From Mobula hypostoma (Eukaryota), in contig NC_086116.1 of NCBI RefSeq assembly GCF_963921235.1, forward strand, positions 51,336,001 through 51,400,000: a DNA stretch of 64,000 nt, given 5' to 3'. Positions 36,952 to 48,189 of the stretch are shown here, piece by piece. Numbering within the stretch: position 1 is the stretch's first letter; every line of letters starts with the position of its first letter. The translations under genes were made by a program, and so were the position numbers. Under the pieces are notes generated by a model. It was given only the letters and a program-made list of their open reading frames with translations, did not search any database and was not told where the DNA came from.

Positions 36952-37799
36952 TTTTTACCAGTTTTAATCATGGATAATTTAGAAAAGTTAAATGAATGAT
37001 TCCTTTGCCACAAATTTTCTGTTCAGTTATTAGCCTCTCATTATAAATTGTTAATTTTCCAGTTGTCACAATCATTGGTCATTATAATCAAAAGTTGTCG
37101 ACCCCAACCAATTACATCTGGCCATTTTGAATACTTGTACAAAGATAGTTCATCACTGATCCCATTTCCTTATTTTCTTACAATATCATCATTATGCATT
37201 ATGAAGCAGACTGGATTTCTCCCAACAACCCTATGCGAATAAAACCATTGCCACAAACTGATAAAGCACAAAAAGCCCTTCGCTTCCTTGTGTCTCCACT
37301 GGCTCTTTGAAATAACTGTCTTATGTAGTCACACATCCCAGTTTTTTACCGAATAACCATATAAGTGAATCCTTTTCAATAAATACTAAATAGCCTTTTG
37401 AAAATGTCAATGGAACCGTGTTTTTATCATCCTTTTTATTTTAAGTTTTGTGGCTGTTGGTTACTGCTGAGGAAATAATTTCTCTTGAGTTACAAAATGA
37501 ATTATCATTTTGAACAGCTCTTTAAGGTCTCCCCATACTTTCTTTGTATCTATGAAATGGATGGACAGTGGTGATAAAAAAACAAAAATGCTGGAAACAC
37601 TTGGCAGGTCAGGCAATGGAAAGAGAAGTAATTAACCGAGGTCTGGGATCCTTTTGTTAGAACTGGGGGTGGGAGAGAGAGAAACAAGTTAGTTTTCAGT
37701 AGGAGAAGACGGCATGAAAGGGTGGGTACAACATAGGGAATACAATTTCATATGTTTATAAATAGTTAATTGAGTAAATAAATTAATATTATTAATACA

Positions 37800-38185
37800 C
37801 CGACTCCCTGACAGTGGTGTCTGAAAAGAGGATGCTATCCAAGTTGCATGCCATCTTGGACAATGTCTCCCATCCACTACATAATGTACTGGGTGGGCAC
37901 AGGAGTACATTCAGCCAGAGACTCATTCCACCGAGATGCAACACAGAGCGTCACAGGAAGTCATTCCTGCCTGTGGCCATCAAACTTTACAACTCCTCCC
38001 TTGGAGGGTCAGACACCCTGAGCCAATAGGCTGGTCCTGGACTTATTTCCATCTGGCATAATTTACATATTATTATTTAATTATTTATGGTTTTATATTG
38101 CTATATTTATACTCTATTCTTGGTTGGTGCAACTGTAACGAAACCCAATTTCCCTCGGGATCAATAAAGTATGACTATGACTATA
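37800..38185 (+). mobile_element. Rex1/Babar-like LINE 3' end
   Basis: ILDNVSHPLH...RCNTERHRKSFLPVAIKLYN. Tail CAATAAAG(TATGAC)n. Confidence 0.7.
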
Positions 38186-38570
38186 TTGTTAGTATGTGTT
38201 TGTAATTTATTTTTGGAAGGGAAATTATATTGAATGTGTGTTTATCTTTATCTTTAAGAATTATATAGCCTATTTGGTATAACTTCTGAAGTATTGTACC
38301 AGCCACAGCTACTAGTTCAATGCTGTCAGCTTCCAATAAAGTATGTTGTTTAGTAGATCATACTCATTGTTCGTCTTGGTAAGTAGCAATGCAACAGAGT
38401 CTATGGATGCCCCAGTGAGGACTGGAGCAAAGACCAAACAGTTGGAGGACTTAGTGGGTGAAGTGGCATCCATTTTGGGTAGAGACTCTGCATCAGGCCC
38501 GACCACGTGACCTAACCTGCTGAGTCCCTCCAGAAACCTGTTCTTTGCTCCAGGTCTCTCGTGTTCGCAA

Positions 38571-38807
38571 TGGTGAATCTGTGGAATTCTCTGCCACAGG
38601 AAACAGTTGAGGCCAGTTCATTGGCTATATTTAAGAGGGAGTTAGATATGGCCCTTGTGGCTAAAGGGATTGGGGGGTATGGAGGGAAGGCTGGTACAGG
38701 GTTCTGAGTTGGATGATCAGCCATGATCATACTGAATGGCGGTGCAGGCTCGAAGGGCCGAATGGCCTACTCCTGCACCTATTTTCTATGTTTCTATGTT
38801 TCTATGT
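38571..38807 (+). mobile_element. Short CR1 3' end, same subfamily as 6074-6842
   Basis: Near-identical to 6620-6842, with a (TTTCTATG)n tail. Confidence 0.85.
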
Positions 38808-40166
38808 TTATTTACCAAACAACATCATCACATTTTCCGCTGTGAAGTTGGCAGAGGAAAGTTGAGGATGGTTGTATCAGCACTTTCCAACCCCTATTTG
38901 AGCAATCCTCACCTTCCACAAGGGATGAAGAACACCTCTGCACGGGTAATTCCAAATAAGCCAACTTGAACATTAGTCCTGACACCAGAAAGACTGCAAG
39001 AACTAGAAGTGTCTCACAGCAACAATGAATGTGCCAAAGACCAGCCAACAATAAGAGCTTCAGACAGACTGGGTGAAGCTCACCTCAGACGTGGCAGCAG
39101 TGCTGAATTCATCCCTACTGGATAGTGCAACGTTATGATGGGGGAGGATCACAGAATCACATAAAATAACCTGGTGCTTGAAATAAAGAGTTCTCCAGCC
39201 TCTCTCCATCACCCAGCAGTGCAGGTCGCATCGCTTTAACAGCATATCCACATTAAGTTTATATATGATGAGAGCTTCTACCTCTACCAACCTTCTGAGC
39301 AGTAAATATCAGGCCCCTATAACCCTCTGGTGATTTTTCTTCCACACCTTCTCTTTAATTTTCCACCAATTACTTGACATCTATGACCCTTGGTTTCTGA
39401 ACCCCTTGCTAAGAGAAATAGGTTCATCCTTTTTAACCTGCTGTGGTTCCCTCAACATTTAATGCACAACAACCAAGTCTCCTCTTAGCCACCTCTTTGC
39501 CAGGGAGCAATTCTGGCCTGTTGTCACAGTTTTCCTCAGTCCCTTGCTTTTTGATTTGTTATTGCTTATTTGTAAAAAGCTTAGAGTAAGTGTTAGAGGG
39601 ATAATAAAAAAGTCTGCACACAATGCAAAGATTGGTCAGTGAGGACATCCTTGTAAGTTCCTGCATCATCCCTAGTGCAAATTCACATTTCCTGTAATGC
39701 ATTGATCAGAACTGAACGCTGCACTCAAGCCGAACTGGTATTAAACATGGCTTTGGTATCTGAATTGTTGCTACACTGTTTTGCATGGAACTTGTTAGGG
39801 ACTTGGCCTGTGCTGTATGGAGGCCCACAGTAAGGAAATGCTTCATTAAGTTGTAGGCCTTTCTTTTATTCCATAAAGCACTGCTGTTAGTTTAAACTGT
39901 TGACAGTTTTCAAATATCTTAGGGAGAGATACTGAGGCACAACCTCTTTATCTGTTTTATGTTAATCTTACTTCTACCTCTCTTCACTGTGCCAGTTTAG
40001 GAAGCTGAACATGGTCGAGAAATACATGATATGGACTGAGCAATGAATCAGCAGAGCTGGGTGGGAGGCAGGGTTCAACAGATGGATGCTTCATGTAACA
40101 GATGTCACCATGTAACAGTTCCATTTTGTGGGTTAAAAGCCTCACAATACAGATATTTGTTCCTAC

Positions 40167-40346
40167 CAGTTCTCTAGGCTCTGGATCTGCCTCCTCCTCT
40201 AGGCGCGGTTGATCTCTCACCAAGCCTCCTTGTGCATCACATACCTCACACTTGACATTTGTTGAAACATCGTCATTTGGAATTACCAGACCAATTTCTT
40301 CCTGGCTTTCTTCTTCCTCTACTTTCTGGACTTCTAAAACTGCTTC
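40167..40346 (-). CDS. Unidentified gene, exon m
   Basis: ttcttaaaag|EAVLEVQKVEEEESQEEIGLVIPNDDVSTNVKCEVCDAQGGLVRDQPRLEEEADPEPREL|gtagga; phase 0/0. An alternative in-frame donor GAG|gtatgt would end it at 40245. Confidence 0.68.
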
Positions 40347-40757
40347 CTTTTAAGAAACAGATACATATATGGAAAGCTCGCGAATCTTATCTTGGTCGTC
40401 ATTCACTTAGTATTTTGAAATTTCACAATGTCTTTCCCTGAGAAAATCAACCAATCAGACCCTTTCCCTCCACATCTGTTCAGACTGTCTCCACTGAACT
40501 TCTCACACACAGATACACACATTGTCCAATTTCATGTGGAGGGAACAAAGTGGTCTGACTAAATGGAATATTCTGAAAAAATGGCCAGGCAGCAATGACT
40601 ACAACAAGCAGAAACAGCTCTGCTCCCTCCCCTGAAGGCGCTGACTCTCTATCCCCTCCTCTGAAGACAAAGGTACTGCCTCCTACCCGTTCCCTGTTGC
40701 TGCGTTCATTTCCAGGTGAATGAGAATCATTCCCTGGCGTGATACATGAACACTCAC

Positions 40758-40970
40758 CTTAGACGTCATGTCTGGTGAGATTTCAACCTGGCTGCTGTTA
40801 CCATGGCTCTGAGTGCCTCTCGGCTGCAGCTCGGATAAGCCATTGTTTGATCTTCCCGTGACTCTGGCTGTTTTGATCGTGTCACTTGAAGCAGCACCCC
40901 CTTCATTTTGCAATTCCTGGATGTCATCCATCCGTCTGACTTGCTGGGGAGTCCCAGATGTCAATTCATC
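40758..40970 (-). CDS. Unidentified gene, exon l
   Basis: ccttgcag|DELTSGTPQQVRRMDDIQELQNEGG...QVEISPDMTSK|gtgagt; phase 0/0. Confidence 0.78.
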
Positions 40971-41739
40971 CTGCAAGGATTAGAGAGAAAACACCTCAGG
41001 GAACAGAGAATAATCACTTGCAGAAGGAGAAAAGGGAAAAAAAAATCCTTGCTTGGATGAGATAACATTCAGTCAGCAGTCCCATGAACTCTCTGAGAAT
41101 GACCTAGAATCTCTGGTGATTTAGCAAACTTTACAGGATGGTTACTCGTAGGAACATGGGAGGAGACCATTTGGCCCATCAAGTAAGGAAAATCCAGCTA
41201 ATCCTGTTTTCCAAGCCTCTCTCCACTATCTAGCTAATTTTCTTTCAGATCCTTGTCTAGCTGCCTTTTGAATGGTAGAACTAAATCCACCCCCACTATT
41301 ATCCCTGGTAACTCACTGTGTAAAACAACATTTTTTTTCCCCAGTATGGTTCCTGGGGATCTTAATAGGAACTCAAAGTCATCCGAACGTATGTCCACGA
41401 ACTCAGGACTTGCAAGCTCTGTTTGGAACATGTGTGCATGTGGGATTGGGGAATTATCCACACACTGTTGGAACTTGTAGCCTGGAAATTTTGGGAGGCA
41501 GCCACTGGAAATGTTCCCTGGTATGGAACCCAGAATACTTAAAGTGGAGGAGTATGAAAATGATCTGCCCTCTGTGAGAGGGCAAGATCAGATTTAGCGA
41601 GAAGGCACTGGATAAGACTCCCTTCATGAAGCACAGACTGCGGTGGGTTTGTGTGAGGGAGCCTGTGCTTTCCAGAAACTGGGCCCAGATGAGGGAGCAA
41701 GATTCAGATTTGCATAGAATCCAAGCTCAGCTGGCTCAC

Positions 41740-41882
41740 CTGTGACAATTGTAAGTTATCGCGAGTTGCAGTTATTTCACCGGAAATGATTGTATCTCCT
41801 CTAACCTCGCAGGACATGTCCATCACCAATCCATCATCCATCCTGTCGTGGACTGCAACAGCAGCAGATCCCCAAGCTTGTC
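41740..41882 (-). CDS. Unidentified gene, exon k
   Basis: tctgacag|QAWGSAAVAVHDRMDDGLVMDMSCEVRGDTIISGEITATRDNLQLSQ|gtgagc; phase 1/0. An alternative phase-1 acceptor lies ~28 nt further in. Confidence 0.65.
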
Positions 41883-43209
41883 CTGTCAGATACAGTCACG
41901 TGTTTAGACAATGTGTGAGCAGCTTCTCCCATCAGTGCGGACAACCGCCAGAGTCTATTCTCTATTTCCGAGTTTTCCCTGCCATAATCCCAGTCCCCTT
42001 TCCATGACAAATCTACTACAGATTCTGAACATTTGGAACTTATCTCCAATAAGAACAGCAAAAGAGACAGAAGGTTAGGCCACTTGGCCCCTCGTGATTC
42101 CTGAATCATCAATAGGAGTATGGATGTCCTTTTACCTCAGCACCATTAAACCCAGGTATTCTGTTTACCTTACTATATTAAATATATCCGATGTCTGTGC
42201 AAGCACAATCATATTGGATGGAACACTCCAAAGATTCACTAGCCCATCAGTGAAGAAAATTCTTCTCATCTCAGTCCTTAATGGCCAGTCCCATACTCGG
42301 GATCATGATTCCTAGTTCTAGACACCCTAGCCACCTTAAGCAGACCACACAGAGTAATGGAAAATACAGCCTTCAGTCCATCTGGTCCCTACCGAAAAAG
42401 AAGCCCCATCCAAGCCTGTCCCATTCGTAAGTATTTGGCTCAGAACCTTCTGATCCTTTCCAATCCATACATTTGCTGGCTGTCTTAAAGGTTGCTAAGG
42501 TACACGTCTGAACCATTTCCTGTCATGCCCCAAGAATTTTGTTTTCCAATGAGGTCACTCATTCTTCTAAACTCAGTCTTCCCCAGGATGCCTAATCTCT
42601 CCTCCTCTTAGGATAATTGCCTCATCCTTAGGATCAATGTGGTGAATCCTCAGGGAGACCAATATACAATATTGCACATGGAATTTAATATGGGAAATCT
42701 ATAAATTCAACAGGATACTTCTACCGTTATACAAAAATTCTCTTCTCACTAATACCTTTCATTCACTTTAAATATTTTAGAGGACTACTGAACTTATTCC
42801 ACATTTTATTCTATTAGTCATGCTCCCTGCTTTTCACTTAGCAGCCCAGACCTCACAACACATGCTGCCATCCCAGCAAATTGGATTTATTACATTTGGT
42901 CCTCTTATCCAAATCATTGACAAAGACTGTAACAGATGGAGCCCAACACAGTTTTCAATGGCATTCCTACAGTAAACAACCTTTCACCCTCAGAATAGCC
43001 ACTTCAGAATCACCATCTCCAATTGTGGCTTATTTTTTCAGAAATCGGAGGTGGCAAAGGAACTTGGGAGTCCTGGTTCAGGACACCTTTAAGGTTAAGT
43101 TGCCGGTTGAGTTGATAGTAAAGAAGGCAAAAGCAATGTTAGCATTTGTTTTCAGAGGATAAGAGAATAACATTGAGAGATTACCAGAGTGTGAGACAGA
43201 TGGAATTAC

Positions 43210-43336
43210 CCATTTGATCAATATCCATCTCCGGTGTAACTAGCCCCAGGAACATGGCTGCCAGGTTGTTGTAGTGTTGATTATTTCTCAGATCACTGTG
43301 TAGCGAGCAGTAAGTGTTGATGAGGTCATTCACAGA
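43210..43336 (-). CDS. Unidentified gene, exon j
   Basis: ttttgtttcag|SVNDLINTYCSLHSDLRNNQHYNNLAAMFLGLVTPEMDIDQM(G)|gtaatt; phase 0/1. Confidence 0.75.
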
Positions 43337-43804
43337 CTGAAACAAAAGATGTGATGCATAAGTACACAGAGATCATACAAGTTTACCAATAAAGAGCAAA
43401 CTTACGGCAGTGAATCAATTTAGAGATTCTGATAGTGAACTACTATATAAGTGAACCACAGTTCAGAAACGCCAATAATGAACTCCAGTGCAGAGAACCA
43501 GTACAATGAATCACAATTCAGAGACTACATTAATAAATCCCAATAATTGAATCCCGGTAAAAATATCCTAAGGTAGTGACTTGGAATTCAGAGACCATAA
43601 TTATGAATCCTTAACAGAGAACATAATACAGGGAATCGCAATCCATGGTTCCTGATTGTGAACACCAATACAGTGAATCAGAGATCTAACAATGTACCAA
43701 GACTCTGACAGTGAGACCAAAATGGTGAACAACAATTCAGGGAGATCAATGGTGGATCCCAAATCAAAAAACCCAATAAACCAACCTTTGACACGATGAA
43801 TTCT

Positions 43805-43990
43805 CCAAGAGGACCACAACCTTGTTGTAGGGTTTGGAGGCTTGCGTGCCTCGATGACCCAGAGAGCTATGTTTGCTGTAGTCAGGGCCTTGTGCTCTTG
43901 AACCATATAACCCCATGGCTCTATAACCCATGCCAAACAGGTCAAAGTGTAGAGGCCAGATTGAGGGCCAGCAGTGTAACGGGCCGTAAG
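43805..43990 (+). mobile_element. RTE-clade LINE 5'-UTR fragment
   Basis: ACCTTGTTGTAGGGTTTGGAGGCTTGCGTGCCTCGATGACCCAGAGAGCTATG resembles RTE (Expander/BovB-type) 5' ends, from memory. Confidence 0.45.
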
Positions 43991-44353
43991 TGACACAGAG
44001 AATTCCAAAAGGGGATTTTCAGCATGAATCCATTACACTGAAGCCCCATGAACAGCAAAAAAGTGTGAAGTTGCTTTAGACGTATCCAGAAGTCTGGATT
44101 GAATAATTGAAAGTTCAAAGTTCAAAGTAAAATTTATTACCAGAGTACATACATGTCACCACATACAACCCTGAGATTCTTTTTTCTGCGGGCATACTTA
44201 GCAAATCTACAGAACGGTAACTGTAAACTGTAAACATCAGGAACTGTTAACTGTAAACAAACTGCAGATATAAATAAATAGCAATAAATAACAAGTATGA
44301 AATAAAAATATTTCAGCGACCTTAAATGAGTGTAGCTATACCCTTTTGTTCAA

Positions 44354-46930
44354 TCAGATCACGTCTAACAAGCCTGATAGAGTTCTTTGTGGAGGTGACC
44401 AGACATATAGATGAGGGTAGTGCAGTGGATGTGATCTATATGGATTTTAGTAAGGCATTTGACAAGGTTCCACACGGTAGGCTTATTCAGAAAGTTAGAA
44501 GGCATGGGATCCAGGGCAGTTTGACCAGGTGGATTCAGAATTGGCTTGCCTGCAGAAGGCAGAGGGTGGTGGTGGAGGGAGTACATTCAGATTGGAGGAT
44601 TGTGACTAGTGGTGTCCCACAAGGATCTGTTCTGGGACCTCTACTTTTTGTGATTTTTATTAACGACCTGGATGTGGGGGTAGAAGGGTGGGTTGGCAAG
44701 TTAGCAGACGACACAAAGGTTAGTGGTGTTGTAGATAGTGTAGAGGATTGTCAAAGATTGCAGAGAGACATTGATAGGATGCAGAAGTGGGCTAAGTGTC
44801 ACAATGGGAGCATTGGTGGACCCAAATGCAAGACACATCTTGTGAGGTTAATTAAATTGAGTTTATTGTTTGATACCAGGAGAGCAAAGCACAAGCAGGA
44901 ATAGCGAACTGGACAAGGACTGAGGACTACGACTAGGCTGGGACAAGGGTCTGGGCTAGGACTCGGAATTGGATCCCAGAACTAGAGGAGACATGAAGAG
45001 GCTAGGGTATGGACTCCGAGCCAGGGACTGGGCAAGGACTCAGAACCTGGGTCTTGCCTCGGGCTCGGACCCCAGAACCAGGCATGGACATGACATGGGC
45101 TAGGGAGAGGAGGAACATGGGAACACAGAGCCTCGGTCTCAGGAGAGCAGGTACATGGGACCATGGACACATACACAGAACATAGTGTCGGGACCCCTCT
45201 TTGGGTACAGGACATAGGGCCGGGACTCACACACAGAACAGAGAGTCAGGACCCCTCCTTGGGTACACGACATAGGGCCGGGACTCACACACAGAACAGG
45301 AAGCTGAGACCCCTCCTTGGGTACAGGACATAGGGCTGGGACTCATGACACCCCGTGGGACAACAGCAAGATGGCCTAACTTACCCCACGAAGGCGAAGA
45401 CAAGACATGACAAAACATGACCCCCCACAGGGCAACGGCAAGACGGCCTGACTTACCCCACGGAGGCGAGGACAAGACAAGACAAGACAAGACCAACACG
45501 AAAGAACACCAGACAACCAGACAGTACCTATCTAGCTCCAGTGATAGAACTAGACCGAAGTGCAGGCGAGGGCTAGAGGCGAGAGGGGCAGAGAAGGGAT
45601 TCAGACAGGGGGGTAGGACAGGAATCACAGACCGCCAGGGACGGGACTTGACTTAGTACTTGAATGCCCCCGGAGCCAGGACTTGACTTGGAGCCTCCGG
45701 GTAGTGGCGAGCTCTCGACTCGGCCCGGGAACAGTAGACAGCGGTTCTTGATTCCCTCTGGCGGGTTAACTGACGGACCCACCTCGGTGAGGAAACTTTG
45801 CAGGTTCGCTTTGGCGAGGTAACTTGACAGGGTTGCTCTGGTGAGGAAAGACGAATTACCGGCACTCGCTTCAGGCGGAGAATAGGCTTGCTCCAGCCAG
45901 ATGACACTGGCTCGCAGTACCTTTGGTGACTTTGCAGACGCTTTTGTGCTGAACGGCTGAAAGTCGGAGACTATAAACTACCGGTTCAGCTGAGAGTAAA
46001 TTGCCTCCAATCACCAAGGTCGAGGGACACAGGAAAACAGGGAACCAAAGGAAAACAGGGAGTCAATGGTCCGGATCATAACATAAACAAAGTAAATTTA
46101 AAGGGACCCCGATCCGGACCATGACACCGAGAAGTGGCAGATGGAGTTCAACCCGGAGAAGTGTGAGGTGGTACACTTTGGAAGGACAAACTCCAAGGCA
46201 CAGTACAAAGTAAATGGCAGGATACTTGGTAGTGTGGAGGAGCAGAGGGATCTGGGGGTACATGTCCACAGATCCCTGAAAGTTGCCTCACAGGTGGATA
46301 AGGTAGTTAAGAAAGCTTATGGGGTGTTAGCTTTCATAAGTCGAGGGATAGAGTTTAAGAGTCGCGATGTAATGATGCAGTTCTATAAAACTCTGGTTAG
46401 GCCACACTTGGAATACTGTGTCCAGTTCTGGTCACCTCACTATAGGAAGGATGTGGAAGCATTGGAAAGGGTACAGAGGAGATTTACCAGGATGCTGCCT
46501 GGTTTAGAGAGTATGCATTATGATCAGAGATTAAGGGAGCTAGGGCTTTACTCTTTGGAGAGAAGGAGGATGAGAGGAGACATGATAGAGGTATACAAGA
46601 TAATAAGAGGAATAGATAGAGTGGATAGCCAGCGCCTCTTTCCCAGGGCACCACTGCTCAATACAAGAGGACATGGCTTTAAGGTAGGGGATGGGAAGTT
46701 CAAGGGGGATATTAGAGGAAGGCTTTTTACTCAGAGAGTGGTTGGTGTGTGGAATGCACTGCCTGAGTCAGTGGTGGAGGCAGATACACTAGTGAAATTT
46801 AAGAGACTACTAGACAGGTATATGGAGGAATTTAAGCTGGGGGCTTATATGGGAGGCAGGGTTTGAGGGTCGGCACAACATTGTGGGCCGAAGGGCATGT
46901 ACTGTGCTGTACTATTCTATGTTCTATGTT
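44354..46930 (+). mobile_element. CR1 LINE 3' part (RT), interrupted by a solo LTR
   Basis: ORFs 44326-44904 (YMDFSKAFDKVPH, LADDTK) and 46141-46866. (TATGTTC)n tail. Confidence 0.92.
44797..46126 (-). mobile_element. 1330-bp solo LTR (Gypsy-like)
   Basis: TGTCA...TGACA termini. Imperfect 5-bp target duplication CTAAG/CCGAG; the uninterrupted sister CR1 has CTGAG. Minus-strand AATAAA near 44862. Internal ~58-bp tandem repeats at 45170-45345. Confidence 0.8.
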
Positions 46931-48012
46931 CAAGAGCCTGGTGGTTGAGGGGTAGTAACTGTTCTTGAACCTGGTGGTGTGAATTCTGAGGCACCTGTAC
47001 TTCTACCTGATGGCAACAGCGAGAAAGAGCATGGCCTGGATGGTGAGGATCTTTGATGATGGATGCTGCTTTTCTATGTCAATACTTCATGTAGACGTAC
47101 TCAATAGTTGAGAAGTTCTTACCCATGATGTACAAGGCAGAATCCATTACCTTTTGTAGGATTTTCTACTCAAAGGCACTGATATTCCCATACCAGGCCA
47201 TAATGCAGCCAGTCAGCACACTTTGCACCACACATCAGTAGAAGCTTGCCAAGGTTTTTGGTGGCATGCTGAGTCTCCTCAGACTTCTGAAGAAGCAGAG
47301 GTGCTGTCTCGTTTTCTTGGAAATAATATTTATATGATGGGCCCAGGACAGGTCCTCTGAGATAGATTTAAATTTAAACCCATAAATTTAAAGTTACTGA
47401 TCCTCTCCACCTCTGATCTTCCAAAGATTACTGTCTCGTGGAGCTCTGCTTTCCTTCTCCTGAAGTCTACAATCAGTTCCTTGGTCTTATTAACTTTGAA
47501 TGAGAGGTTGTTGTTATCACATCGCTCAGCCAAGTTTTTAATCTCCCTCCTTTACGCTGATTCATCACCCCCTTTGACTTATGTTTGAATCCTATCATGA
47601 CAATTGGGAATTTAAATTCAACTAATTCTATAGAACTCAAATTAAAAGCTAACACAGATATCAGAAATGGCTTCCATGAAATGAGTAAATACTCATCTGG
47701 TTTACCAATGTCAGGCAGGTCAAGATCGATCAATGTGATTGGCTCTTAACTGGCTTTTTGAAGTGGACTAGCAAGCATTCTGTTCAAGGGGCAGTTAGAG
47801 ATGGATACTAAATTACACCTTTAACACTGAAGCTCACATTCTGTGAATTAACAAAATGTTCAACACATTGAAACCTTCTACAGGTAGAGACCCCAATATA
47901 CATACCATACACTGGATCCCATACAAGACAGAAAGCCCAGTAAGAACCAAGATCTTAACGCAGAGAACCACAATATAATTGCCCCAGTCCAGGAGCAGCA
48001 CACATTTCTCAC

Positions 48013-48189
48013 CTGCCCCTCCATCTGTTGGGTCAGTTGCTGGACTCTGGTCAGCTGCATGAGGTGTAGTTCCATAAGCCCCACAATGGCTGGGCTTTGA
48101 CTCTTCGACTGCACTGTGATCTCCTTCTTTTGACAGTAGAGAATAAAAGCTTCCTCCAAGAGCTTGGGCTGAAGGTAGCCATTCTCAAC
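48013..48189 (-). CDS. Unidentified gene, exon i
   Basis: gccttag|VENGYLQPKLLEEAFILYCQKKEITVQSKSQSPAIVGLMELHLMQLTRVQQLTQQMEGQ|gtgaga; phase 0/0. Confidence 0.8.

Larger units (their letters stand above)
44110..47570 (-). mobile_element. Rex1/Babar-like LINE 3' part, split by CR1 plus LTR
   Basis: (AAAGTTC)n tail at 44110. NKTKELIVDFRR motif in ORF 47330-47533. The two halves join at TGTTCAA (44347-44353 and 46927-46933). Confidence 0.75.

Noticed and set aside
41883-42112. ORF 41834-42112 as an exon
   Set aside because: It hits a stop at 41834 with no suitable donor. Only the other frame (41740-41882) fits the exon chain.
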